DNA of 63,859 nt, filler included, from Octopus bimaculoides (lineage: Eukaryota), in assembly GCF_001194135.2 (NCBI RefSeq). It is 4 parts of 4 records of this genome, joined end to end, with 100 filler letters (N's around TTAATTAATTAA, not from the genome) between each part and the next. Parts side by side here need not be neighbours in the genome. Positions count along the whole stretch, not along the records: positions 1 to 17,860 come from NC_068987.1; positions 17,961 to 40,016 come from NC_068983.1; 2 more parts are not named here. One strand, given 5' to 3'. Positions within the stretch are counted from its first letter, which is position 1. Each line of letters starts with the position of its first letter. The notes under the pieces are model-generated. The model ran no database searches and was not told where the DNA came from. It saw nothing but the letters and a program-made list of their open reading frames with translations. Both the position numbers and the translations under genes were made by a program. This document shows, piece by piece, positions 12,191 through 24,153 of the stretch.

Positions 12191-15074
12191 CAGGGGTGTC
12201 CCAGAATGATGATTTGAGTGAAATCGGAATGCATTGTTTTGAAAACTCACTTTTATTTATGTTTATCATGTTTGATATGTGTTAAAAGTGTATAAATTTT
12301 GAATTTTGTTTATAATTTTATTTTCATTCCTGTTGGACCCCTCTTATTTGTCCATGACAGATTTTTTTCAATTTGGCGGCAATCATTTTCTTTACCTCCA
12401 TCCTCAAGATGGAGCAACCGTTTAGCTGAGCTTAAAGAACACGTTCAGTTAGCAGTGCAGGAGCTAACTCCTGAAATGCTTCAAAATGTGTTTCACAACA
12501 CTAAGGAAAGACTTGAAGTATGCAGGGACACAGACATGATGAAAATTTTCAATAAAAGTTTGACATAAGATTTATAAATCTATAATGGAAGGCAAGGTTC
12601 TCAATATCGGCTGAATATTGCCTTCTCCCATTAATTTCTTGTTCTTCGTGTTGTTTAAGGCTCCAGCAATCGAGGAAAGAAATCTTAGGCAAAACGCAAG
12701 TTCTCAACCAGTTTTATTTACACTATACACAGGGGTGAAGTGCGTTGCTCTCTGTAGCCATCTCATGTGGAGTGAGTTCGTCGTTCTTCGTTACACGGGC
12801 CATTGCCTCAGGAGATACGACAAGCAGATTAGCCTAGAGGCCCAGCCAGTGAAGTGTGCTCTGCAAGCGCTCACAGTGAAAAAGAAAGCGAATCTGGTTG
12901 CTTGGCTGTTTTCTCCAGTTTGCCATTGAGATCTCGCTCCAGTCTCGGAGATGGCAATGGCTGCTGCAAGATCTCATCCAATATGGTGCCGAGTGCTTGT
13001 GCCACTACAAGGGCTCCCCACTGAATACGGCAGTGTGAAAACAGAATAATTGGAGCAGGCACAAGAAAGAGCAAAGATGGCAACTGATCACAACAAACAA
13101 GATATGGTACAAAAATGTGACAAGTCAAATAGAAAAATAATTGCAAGAAATATAAATGGGCATGCATAAAATTTGACAAAATGTCCAATGGCAGAATATT
13201 GGAACTGTTCAGTAACACAAGGAAGCAATTGTCTGTCACAGGAAACACAAAAAAGATTGTCAGATATAAATAGTTTTAGTGAGTTTTTGGGGCCAATGCA
13301 GTGTGGCCTATCCTGGTGACATAGGGTTTGTTTGTGTTAGATAGTGGTCGGGGTCACCAGTTTGTAACAACTGTGCGACAGGAGAAGGTGACGAGGAATG
13401 GCTCCTTTTGTACATCACACGGTCAATACAAATAAAAATATGAAAAGAGGATAAATAAGTATAAGTGCCAGAAAGAAAAGAGAGACACAACCGGTAGAAT
13501 GCTTAAGAGAAGATCTTATTGATAAGTCAACTTGTGTGTCTGTGTGTGCGACATATAAACATAATAATAGACAGGCCATCATGTATACAAAGTGTGTGTG
13601 TATATACATGGATGTATGTGTGTGCGATAAGTACACAGCATAAAAAGAGTTGAAAATGACGTTAGAAGAATGTTTAGACTCTAGGATGATAAATAACAGT
13701 TCGTAGTCAAGGTACACAGTAGTTGAGGTGCTGTATCAAGAGGTTGAGGCGGCAATGCAGAGCCGGGGAGAGGCACATGTCATACAAGAAGTCGTGACTT
13801 CAATGCTGCTGCTGGTTATTTATTACAGGAGTTCTCGCAGGTTGTATTTGTTGTTAACCATGGTGAAGCAATTCACAAACGGTGTGTACATAGAGAAGTT
13901 GGTGTAGTTAAGAAGACGATGGTGGTGACGAAGATGGAGTTTCCTGTTAGCTGCTGGACGAAGTATCAAAGAGTCTTCATGTGGCTGCTGTTGTGTCGTC
14001 GCTGGAACTGGCTGCGTGCTCTGTGGTCACAGCACACAGGTCTGGAGCCAAGAGACATATGGGACAGTGAGAAACTGGCTTTTATAACATTCTGTCGGCT
14101 CACCAGAAGTTTAGAAAATACTGTCTCACGTGACTTTATCTGAAGGCTGCGATAGGTTGGGTTGCATCTTGGCGCGCTATTGAACAAGAGACAATCTGCG
14201 CCAATACCAACCAATCAGAGTGGTGGACACAACAGGGTCCAAAGGTGCGGCAAAAGGCTAGCTGTTATCTATTACGTCTGTATTTATGTATATATAACAT
14301 AGCGAGAGAGAAGTATCCCTCAAGGCATACGCTACAGATAGCCCCCCTCCAGTCATTTTGTGGAAGATAAAATAGACGATAAAGGATGACACATCTGTAG
14401 CGATAACGAGAAAGAGCAGTTGGTCATGAAGCTGACACTGGGTCACCATTTCGTAAACATCTGTGCAAATGTCGGGCTGTGTGTCGGAATCACGTCAGGG
14501 TCACCATTTATAATAGGAGGCAAGGTTCCCAATATCGGCTGAATATCGCCTTCTCCCATTAATTTCTTCTTCTTTGTGTTGTTTAAGGCTCCAGCAGTCG
14601 AAGAAAGAAATTTTAGGCAAAACGCAGGTTCTCAAACAGTTTTATTTACACTATACACAGGGGTGAAGTGCGTTGCTCTCTGTAGCCATCTCATGCGGAG
14701 TGAGTTCGCCGTTCTCCGTTACGCAGGCCATTGTCGCAGGAGATATGACAAGCAGATTAGCCAAGAGGCCCAGCCAGTGAAGTGTGCTCTGCAAGCGCTC
14801 ACAGTGAAAAAGAGAGCAAATCTGGTTGCTTAGCTGTTTTATCCAGTTTGCCATCGCGAGCCTCGTTGTGATCTCGCACATGGCAAATAGATGCAGGTGA
14901 GAGCTCACTCCAGTCTCGGAGATGACAATGGCTGCTGCGAGATCTCATCCAATATGGTGCTGACTGATTGTGCTGCTACAAATCTATTAGTTTTGGTAAT
15001 AAACATAAAATTGTCAGTTTTTTAAAAATTCGCTCAATTTCATGAAAACAGATAGTTAATTCTGGAACACCCTG
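12191..15074 (+). mobile_element. Internally deleted Tc1/mariner element interrupted by an LTR element
   Basis: TA|CAGGGGTGTCCCAGAAT ... ATTCTGGAACACCCTG|TA terminal inverted repeats. Transposase C-terminal remnant LAELKEHVQLAVQELTPEMLQNVFHNTKERLEVC at about 12420-12535. Confidence 0.8.
12581..14980 (-). mobile_element. Non-autonomous LTR retroelement (LTRs 12581-13009 and 14509-14980)
   Basis: Two similar direct repeats of about 430-470 bp with a 4-bp TSD AATC (12577-12580 and 14981-14984). On the - strand, PBS TGGTGACCCTGACGTGATT lies 2 nt after the 5' LTR and purine-rich GTGGGGAG precedes the 3' LTR. No pol ORF inside. Confidence 0.85.
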
Positions 15075-15496
15075 TATGGTGTAGCATTGTTAGTTGTTGC
15101 ATTGCTCAAGTAAATATTGAAATCAAAGGTTTTCTTGCTGTAAACATCCTATCTTTTTGTTAAGCATATTGTATCAAGGAGTATATTATCCAAAATGTAT
15201 CACTCCTTTGTGACTGAGATGTTTGCTTTCCAATCATCTCGCCTTGGGTTCAGTCCCTCTGTGCAGCACATTGGGTAATTCTCTTTCATTACAACTCCAT
15301 GCTGACCAAAGTCTTGTGTATTATATAATTGCCATTACTGTATTGATATATAAAATAACACATACAAGTCACTTATTATTGTCCTATAATAAACAAACAG
15401 AAGTTTGTGTATGAAATTGATCTTTCTACTTCAATTATTACATGTTTTTTTCTTATAAAATACACACATACAGGAGAAGTAAATCTCTATATATAA

Positions 15497-16346
15497 CTAG
15501 CAGAGGCACCCGGCGTTGCTCGGGAATGAAATTTTTGCTTATATACTTGAAGAAAAAAAGGCAAAATAAGCTGTATAGAAATTTGAGGACATTCTGTAGA
15601 TGAACTCTCAGATGAATGATGGCTGGCGCCTCTCATGAATGGGGAAAATTGAAGATGTGCCAAAAAGCCTCATTGGTACTTGGAAACTTTTACGAAAATT
15701 AAAATGGGGATTAAACGAAAAAAATGATTTACNNNNNNNNNNNNNNNNNNNNNNNNNNNNNNNNNNNNNNNNNNNNNNNNNNNNNNNNNNNNNNNNNNNN
15801 NNNNNNNNNNNNNNNNNNNNNNNNNNNNNNNNNNNNNNNNNNNNNNNNNNNNNNNNNNNNNNNNNNNNNNNNNNNNNNNNNNNNNNNNNNNNNNNNNNNN
15901 NNNNNNNNNNNNNNNNNNNNNNNNNNNNNNNNNNNNNNNNNNNNNNNNNNNNNNNNNNNNNNNNNNNNNNNNNNNNNNGAGTGTGAGTGAGTCAAGGGGT
16001 GTGTGTGTACGTGTGTATGTGTGTGAGACAGAGTGAGAGAGCGGTGTGTATGTAGTATTTACTCTCTCTTTCTCTCTCTCATACACACGAACACACAAAA
16101 TAGAGAGTGAAGCTTTTTGCGGTTGTTACGTCAATACCGGAAGTTGACATTGAGGAACCTTTTTAAAGAAGTGAATCTTAAATATAAAGCAATATTATTT
16201 ATTTTTAATTAAAAAAATCAAATGAAGAGCCTAAGATTTATCCGAGGTCAAATTATCCATGCATTACAAGTATGGAAACATTTGGTGAAGTCGATTTCAC
16301 GTGAAAAGCGATTACACACACATCTCTGTTTTATATATAGTATAGA
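15497..16346 (-). mobile_element. Non-autonomous Helitron (contains a gap)
   Basis: On the - strand: a|TCTATACTATATATAAAA 5' end, hairpin cccgagcaacgccggg and CTAG|t 3' end, inserted at an AT site. Confidence 0.85.
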
Positions 16347-16417
16347 TAATACTTTGAATATGGCTATTGAGAAAGAGTAAAAGTAATTACCCAATCAATG
16401 ACGGGTATTACTGCTAG

Positions 16418-17530
16418 TTCTACATAAATACAAGGATGGTAACATGAAGGCTGTGGCCCATGCCTTGTGTTCTCTGCTACCAGCAGAGAAAAATTACAGC
16501 CAAATTCAAAAAGAGGCTCTAGTGATTATTTTTGCTGTAAAAAAAATTTCATAGATTCTTACATGGTATAAGTTTTTGACTACAGACTGACCATCATCCA
16601 TTATCATCTATACATGGATCGAAGAAAGAAATCCCTCCCCATACTGCTAACAGGTTGCAATGCTGAGGTACTATATTACTAAACTGCAATTTTAAGATGG
16701 AATTTATACCATCCAAGAAATTAGGACATGCTAATTGTTTATCAAGGTTGATACCAAAAGATACTGAACCACTTGAAGACACCGTGATTGCAGTGTTGCA
16801 AGCAGTAAAAGAAATTAAAAATATTCTATGTAATGTTGTATGAGAATTACCAATTACGTTAGAAGAAATCCAACTAAAAGTGGAAAATAAATTTATGATG
16901 ATGATGATGAAAGGAATTCTGAGTGCAGAAAAAAGAAACAAAAATATGTGTTTTGCAGAACACAACACAAATTCAAATCGGCTCTCAATTTGTGACAATG
17001 TGCTAATGTACAAACAAAGAGCGGTAGTGCTGGCCACATTACAGAAACGAATACTAAATGAATTTCACATTGATCAACTGGGGATTTCACAAATGAAATC
17101 AGCGATGAGAAGCTATGTGTACTGGCCAAGAATGGACCAAGAGATTGAAGAACTAGTGTAAGCATACAAAAACTGTTCTCTAGCAGCAAAATCACCTACC
17201 ACAAAATGGCAACTGTGGCCAAAAACAGATATCCCATGGTCCAAACTGCATGTTGATTTTGCAGGTCCACTTAATGGTTCACATTACCTCATCGTGGTAG
17301 ACAGTTTTTCTAAGAGGCCTGAAGTACATAAGTGTAAAAAAACTGACATCCTCGGTTACAGTAAGTTTTTACATGAATTGTTCGCCAGGTATGGTATTTC
17401 TGATACCACTATGTCTGACAATGGAACTCAGTTAACTGGAGATGTGTTCAAAAAATTCTGTAAAATGTTATCTTTCAAACATGTGACCACTCCACCATAT
17501 CATCCTAGGTCAAATGGACAAGCGGAGCGA
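16418..17530 (+). mobile_element. Ty3/Gypsy element, 3' part (RNase H and integrase)
   Basis: AEKNYSQIQKEALVIIFAVKK, ANRLQCWG-like, EFHIDQLGISQMKSAMRSYVYWPRMD, LHVDFAGP, MSDNGTQL, PPYHPRSNGQAER. Confidence 0.92.
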
Positions 17531-17860
17531 CACTACGATAGATTGCTTAATAAAGAGAATGAATGGGAGAAAGAGAGTCTGCTGTATGTTGACCCAACAG
17601 AGGGACCACCTATCCGAGTTGACAGTACCATGGTAGATAAAGCAATTAAGAGTATGAAGACAGGGAAAGCTGCTGGCCCATCAGGAATCACTGCAGAGAT
17701 GCTCAAAATATCTGGCAGTGTTGGCTATAGCCTAGTCACCCGTATTGTTAACCAGGTGATACACGAAGGAGTCATACCCAATGACTGGTGTAGCAGCACC
17801 ATAGTCAACTGCTACAAAGGTAAAGGTGACTCTTTAGATACAAATAATTACAGAGGTATC
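17531..17860 (+). mobile_element. RTE LINE fragment (region N-terminal to RT) inserted in the Gypsy integrase
   Basis: HYDRLLN..MKTGKAAGPSGITAEMLK..IPNDWCSSTIVNCYKGKGD..NNYRGI; ends in a gap. Confidence 0.88.
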
Positions 17861-17960
17861 NNNNNNNNNNNNNNNNNNNNNNNNNNNNNNNNNNNNNNNN
17901 NNNNTTAATTAATTAANNNNNNNNNNNNNNNNNNNNNNNNNNNNNNNNNNNNNNNNNNNN

Positions 17961-18257
17961 GTTTATTGAGCGAAAACACCTAAAGCACCACGAGGTTCCG
18001 GCAGGGGATGGTGGCGAACCCTGCTGTACTCTTCCACCACAACTTTCTCTCACTCTTACTTCCTGTTTCTGTTGTGCCTGTAATTCAAAGGGTCAGCCTT
18101 GTCACACTGTGTCACGCTGATTATCCCCGAGAACTGCGTTAAGGGTACACGTGTCTGTGGAGTGCTCAGCCACTTGCACGTTAATTTCACGAGCAGGCTG
18201 TTCCGTTGATCGGATCAACTGGAACCCTCGACGTTGTAAGCGACGGAGTGCCAACAA
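17961..18257 (+). mobile_element. tRNA-derived SINE family C (body and tail; head lost in gap)
   Basis: Reverse complement of the complete copy at 24154-24513; tail ggagtgccaacaa. Confidence 0.85.
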
Positions 18258-19039
18258 TTTTGGCACAAGGCCATTAATTTTGAATAGATGGGGGTACTTT
18301 ATTTTATCGACCCCAGGGAGGCGGGAGTGAAGGCAAAGTTTACTCGGTGGTATCTGAGCTCAGAACATAAAGAGTCGGAAAATATTCCGCTAAGCATTTT
18401 GGCGCGGTAATGATTCTGCTAGCTCACTAAAATTAATTATAAAATATAAAGTAGGATTCATCAAGGCAATCTCAAATTTCTCGTCAGACAATTGTCTTGA
18501 CAAGTGTATCTTAATTTTAAACAACTGCCGAATTCACAGTTGATACTGAACTGGTATGATGCCACTAGTTTATAAATAAGGCATTTAAAGAATAGACAAT
18601 TCTGAAGATTCACTAATGTTTGTTGGGAAATTTGCAGTAGCTTGTCTTCTCCCGGTTCATTTAGTTTTCACTTCTAGTCTCTTGCTCTCCCGAGCTTACC
18701 CTCGAGGTACAGTGCCTATTCAACCCTTAGGTAAGCGAGACTGACTGGTTCGCGTGACATCAGGATATTTATTTTACCGGAAGATAGGATTTCATCTTAG
18801 CTCCCGTAACTGAGTAGGGCTTCATATCACCTTGAAGTTAAGGTGGATTACGGGTAACGTTTTTAATCAAGACTATGCAGTTTAAAATTGTATTAATTTC
18901 GGCTGAAATATCTTGATTTTTATAAGATTAATAAAACCAAGAAAATCATCCGAAGACTACGCGAATTTATGCCATTTGACAGCGAATAGATTAAATAGTT
19001 TCAGGATCTATTATCAATTTAAGGACAAAAATTATAGTG

Positions 19040-19711
19040 GTTACTACAACAACAACTACTACTACTACCACCGACGCCAGGACCACCACCACCACCACCA
19101 CCACTACTACTACTACTACTACCACCGACGCCANNNNNNNNNNNNNNNNNNNNNNNNNNNNNNNNNNNNNNNNNNNNNNNNNNNNNNNNNNNNNNNNNNN
19201 NNNNNNNNNNNNNNNNNNNNNNNNNNNNNNNNNNNNNNNNNNNNNNNNNNNNNNNNNNNNNNNNNNNNNNNNNNNNNNNNNNNNNNNNNNNNNNNNNNNN
19301 NNNNNNNNNNNNNNNNNNNNNNNNNNNNNNNNNNNNNNNNNNNNNNNNNNNNNNNNNNNNNNNNNNNNNNNNNNNNNNNNNNNNNNNNNNNNNNNNNNNN
19401 NNNNNNNNNNNNNNNNNNNNNNNNNNNNNNNNNNNNNNNNNNNNNNNNNNNNNNNNNNNNNNNNNNNNNNNNNNNNNNNNNNNNNNNNNNNNNNNNNNNN
19501 NNNNNNNNNNNNNNNNNNNNNNNNNNNNNNNNNNNNNNNNNNNNNNNNNNNNNNNNNNNNNNNNNNNNNNNNNNNNNNNNNNNNNNNNNNNNNNNNNNNN
19601 NNNNNNNNNNNNNNNNNNNNNNNNNNNNNNNNNNNNNNNNNNNNNNNNNNNNNNNNNNNNNNNNNNNNNNNNNNNNNNNNNNNNNNNNNNNNNNNNNNNN
19701 NNNNNNNNNNN

Positions 19712-19757
<46 letters not shown>
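19040..19757. repeat. (CTA)n/(CCA)n microsatellite spanning a gap
   Basis: Visible triplet repeats on both sides of an N run. Confidence 0.9.
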
Positions 19758-20565
19758 AACATTTATTCCAGTACTGTAATGCAACCGAGTTTCTGAGTAT
19801 CTTTCATTCCATTAACCCTACAAAGACAAGTGAGAGAGGACAGGTGGATGGAGTAGAACAGCTTTAATTGAAAATATCTCAAGTGATTTTGAAGTTTACA
19901 GAAACGAGATTGGATATCTTGTTTCATTTCGATATAAAATCATAAATTTATACTGGAGTAAAACAAAAACTCAGTGACGTTCATGGCTTTCTGTTAGACA
20001 TTAGTTGCGCAAAAGAAGTAGCCATAGTTCTTAACCCTTTGCCCCGTACAAATTATTTTCATAGAATTTTTAGTTATCCCTTGTTTCATGCGTTCTGAGT
20101 AATATAAAGCCTTCCTTTCATAAATTCCAAGTTACTCTGGAGGTTGAAAACAAATCGGGAATGTGTATCATATATGGTGTATGGACACCAAGGAAACATG
20201 TCCTGCGTATGACATGTGATATACAGGACAAGGTTAAGTAGACACAACCAATTTTCAGACTTGGTTCTGATTTTTTATATTTCTTGCTCTACATCGATCT
20301 CCATTCTATTGTTAATTTATCGATCATTTTTTGATTGTTTATTTCTTATTTTGTTTTGATTTTATCACAGTGACTCATTTAAATTCCGTTTACTCATTGA
20401 AGTTTCAGTTAAGATCATGAATTTAAGAATATGTAACTATTTTATTTCCAAACTGGTTGTTATACCGGTATGTGTAGTAGTTATTCTTGCTGATGCATCA
20501 TTACACACACTTATTTCAATTACAGATATATGTTCCAACTCTTTGCCTTATTAAAAAAAAATAAA

Positions 20566-20814
20566 TGAGCCCTTTTTAAAGCCTAGCTAGGGTCATGGGC
20601 CCGGTTTCCCGGTTTCAATGCGTATGTGTTCCTCCCAGCTGGTCGGGACGCCAGTCCATCGCAACGTTACTCATTTTTGTCAGCTGAGTGGACTGGAGCA
20701 ACATGAAATAAAGTGTTTTGCTCAAGAACATAACGCGTCATCTGGTCCAGGAATCGAAACCACAATCTTACGATCATGATGCTGACACCCTAACCACTCA
20801 GCCACGCGCCTCCA
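20566..20814 (-). mobile_element. tRNA-derived SINE family D
   Basis: The - strand head ggaggcgcgtggctgagtggttagggtg..gtttcgattcc has A- and B-box-like motifs. Second copy at 33338-33575. Confidence 0.85.
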
Positions 20815-21013
20815 CTCTTTGCCTTATTAATGAGCTTTAATATTTAGAGAGCCGTGAGTTCAAATGCTACCGAGGTTGATTTTGCCTTTCATACTTTCAG
20901 GTTCGATTAAATAAGTACCAGTGGAGCACAGGGGTCGATGTAATCGATTTACCCTCTCCACCGAAATTATTGGCCTTGTGCCAAAATTTGAAATCAATAT
21001 TTAGAGAGCTGAA

Positions 21014-21228
21014 GGCGGCGAACTGGCAGAACCGTTACCGTGCCAGGCAAAATGCTTAGCGGCATTTCATCCGTCTTTATGCTCTGAGTTCAAATTCTAC
21101 TGAGGTCGAATTTGCCTTTCATTCCTTTCAGAGTCGATAAAATAAGTCCCAGTTGAACACTGGGGTCGATGTAATCGACTTATCCCTTTCTCCGAAGTTG
21201 CCGGCTTTGTGCCAAAATTTGAAATCAA
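21014..21228 (+). mobile_element. SINE family B
   Basis: ggcggcgaactggcagaa..ctgagttcaaattc..gaggtcga..gtcgataaaataagt. Further copies or pieces at about 18270-18430, 20850-20995, 21640-21785, 23272-23477, 31680-31780, 34088-34285, 46216-46380, 56960-57155, 57780-57915 and 61190-61330. Confidence 0.85.
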
Positions 21229-22343
21229 TATTTAGAGAGCCGGAAACAATTACATAATTGCAATATTACAAGCACTTTTGATCTGTGACTATCTTACGAT
21301 AGTAAAATTCTTTCTATTATAGTCACAAGGCCTATAATAGACGGAGGGGATAAGTCAATATCATCGACCTTAGTATAGCTTTGTTAAGCTGTACGCAAGC
21401 AAACTAGTGGAGACGAGAATACATTTATCAAGGGTTTATTACTTTACGTACATCAGGGCTTAAGTCACCAGTTATTTCTGTTTAGTTCACTCAGATTCGT
21501 TTTACACTCGTTGTTGACATTCCTTTTTTTCTTCTCCTACCGGAAGTCCCTTTTGTCTTTCTACTGACCAACTTCCTAGCTAGTCCGCAGCGAAGTTTCT
21601 GTCTACAGTTCATCTGTCACGAATTCTGCCCTTCATTAGTACTGAACTGGTACTTATTTTACCAACGCCGAAAGGAAGAAAAACAACGTTGACCTCGGCG
21701 GAATCTAAACTCAGAATGTAAAGACGGACGAAATGCCGCTGAGAATTTTGTCCGGCGTGCTAGCGATTTCGCCAGCTCATCGCCTTTGACTATCTTAAAA
21801 TAAATTTTCTTTGTCATCCATCCATCCATCCATCCATCCATCCGTCCGTCCATCCGTCCATACAGAGAGAGAGAGAGAAACACCAGACAGACAAACTGCG
21901 ATATTTTAGTCACTAAGATATAAGAAGCGGGGGGGGGGGGGAACTAGATGGTCATAGCTGGAATGCCCTTAATCATAGGTCTGTTCAATGAAGACTTACA
22001 TGGAGCTAAGCAACTAACAAGAACTACCACCGGAAAGTAAAATGAATAGAAATTAACCACAACATGGACCAGCAACAGACAAGATATTTCTGCTTAAATC
22101 TTTACACACTACAAAAACAAACAAACTAACAAACAAAGTCATGTGCTGGAATCCTATAGAAATAGAAACGCAGAATTGTTAAGCTTTTGTGTGAATGACA
22201 AGGATACAAAAGATATAATGAAGCGTAAAGGTAAATATGAATACCAAGGTTATTGTTGAACTGAAAACTACGTTCCAACGTACCTAAAAACAATTTATTA
22301 AAGGAAAATCACGTGAGACCGAGAAAATTCATAGTTTGAATCA

Positions 22344-22480
<137 letters not shown>

Positions 22481-22689
22481 GCAGTTAGCAAACTTGAATA
22501 AATTCATAAATTCATAATGCATTGAAGAGGGAATTCTAATATTAGTGAACGGTTTTTTTTTCTGACGGAAGGCTCTGCTTTGAAACATTGAACAAACTTA
22601 TTTAATTGCACAAACTTTATTTAATTTTGTGGCTTTTATGAATCATCTTAGCAAAACAGTTTTAAATGCAAAGTCTGCACACAGAAGCA

Positions 22690-22855
22690 GAGTCATTCTT
22701 ACACTCGAACAGTCATTTTCACACTCAAGTAGAGTCATTCTCACACTAAAGTAGGATCATTCTCAATCCCAAACGGTCAGTCTAACGATTAAGCAGTCAT
22801 TCTCACACTCAAACAGTCAGTTTCACACTCGAGCAACCATCATCGCACTCAAGCA
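22690..22855. repeat. Degenerate 20-22 bp tandem repeat (about 8 units, cagtcattctcacactcaa)
   Basis: Recurring agtcatt(c/t)tcacactc motifs. Confidence 0.7.
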
Positions 22856-23671
22856 CATTCATTCTAGTAGTGAGAAATTTATAATAAATACATAAGCCAT
22901 AAAAATGTCAGGATATTTTTTCTTTGGCTTCGTGTTCTAGTTTATTGTATAATATTTGATAAGATAGACACAAGGCCAGAAATCTGGAGGGAATGGAAAA
23001 GTCGGTCATATTGGCCCAGTATTTGACTGGCAGTTTATTTTATCGGATCTGGGGGTATGTAAAGCGAAATTGACTCCAGTGGGATTTCAACTCAGAATGT
23101 AAACAACCGAAATATTGCAAGATGTCTGATGCTCTAAGGATTTTGTCTATACCACCTCAAGTTTACTATTTTAACCAATTAATGTCCATAGTATGTTTTA
23201 GAATAATTATCATTTCACCAACAAGTGAATTTTATAGAAAGATATTTATTTAATCAAAGATGTTGGCTTTAAATTTTGGCACAAGTCCAGCAGTTTCGGG
23301 GAAGGGCTTAATCGGTTATATCGACCTCAGTGTTCAACTGGTACTTATTTTATCGACCCTGAAAGGATGAAAAGCAAAATCGACCTCGGCGGAATTTAAA
23401 CTCAGAATGTAACAACGTACGAAATGCCGCTAAGCATTTTGCCCAGTATGCTAATGATTCTGCCAGCTCACTGCCTTATTTAGTCAGATATTGAAGTGTT
23501 TGTTAAATATAACATTTAAATTCTGTTGACTATTGGCAACACTTTCAATATAGTGTGAAAAACCTGAGGAGAAAGAAAAATATTTAGGCATTAACGGGTT
23601 AACACTTCACCTGCCCTCTGTATCACACATGATACGTAGGACATAATTCAGTGGCATCCATGCATCACATA

Positions 23672-24075
23672 TGATATAAATTCTCTTTTACTTGTTTCAG
23701 TCAGTTGACTGCGGCCATGCTGGAGCACCGCCTTTAGTCGAGCAAATCGACCCCAGGACTTATTCTTTGTAAGCCTAGTACTTATTCTATCGGTCTCTTT
23801 TGCCGAACCGCTAAGTTACGGAGACGTAAACATACCACCATCGGTTGTCAAGCGATGGTGGGGGGACAAACACAGACACACAAACATATATATATAAATA
23901 TATATATATACGACGGACTTCATATATATATATATAAATACATATATACGACGGACTTCCTTCAGTTTCCGTCTACCAAATCCACTCACAAGGCATTGGT
24001 CGGCCCGAGGCTATAGTAGAAGACACTTGCCCAAGGTGCCACGCAGCTACATACCACACAGCCACTCCTGCGCCC
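23672..24075 (-). mobile_element. SINE family A (tRNA head, internal TA microsatellite, gactgaaacaagtaaaag tail)
   Basis: Reverse complement of the complete copy at 30701-31115. Other copies at about 38575-38790(-), 38839-39285(+), 50566-50985(-), 56730-56850(-), 62350-62560(-) and 63720-63859(+). Confidence 0.88.
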
Positions 24076-24153
24076 ACGATTCTCAATTTTTTTTTCAACT
24101 ACCGGAGTAACTTGGGACTTATGAAAGGAAAGCTTTATATTACTAAGAACGTA

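Larger units (their letters stand above)
11345..16417 (+). mobile_element. Helitron-bounded segment inserted in the Gypsy RNase H (contains nested elements)
   Basis: 5' a|TCTACATATATAAAA at 11345. The 3' end has a taccc..gggta hairpin then CTAG|t at 16414-16417. Excision restores GCA GTA ATT CTA CAT AAA TAC (AVILHKY). Confidence 0.75.

Noticed and set aside
15484-16417. An 84-bp mini-Helitron starting at a|TCTCTATATATAA (15484) as owner of the CTAG at 16417
   Set aside because: Possible, but pairing that 3' end with the 11345 start is preferred because it restores the Gypsy reading frame exactly.
17861-17960. TTAATTAATTAA islands inside N runs (17905-17916, 40061-40072, 62688-62699)
   Set aside because: An identical 12-mer padded by Ns on both sides at three places, with stops in all frames: an assembly spacer, not biology.
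23553-23645. EKYLGINGLTLHLPSV resembling the calpain NGL..GHAYSV segment
   Set aside because: The spacing and AYS residues do not match, there is no donor before the stop, and the DNA is a junction of repeat ends (gggttaa plus a repeat also seen at 20190-20235).
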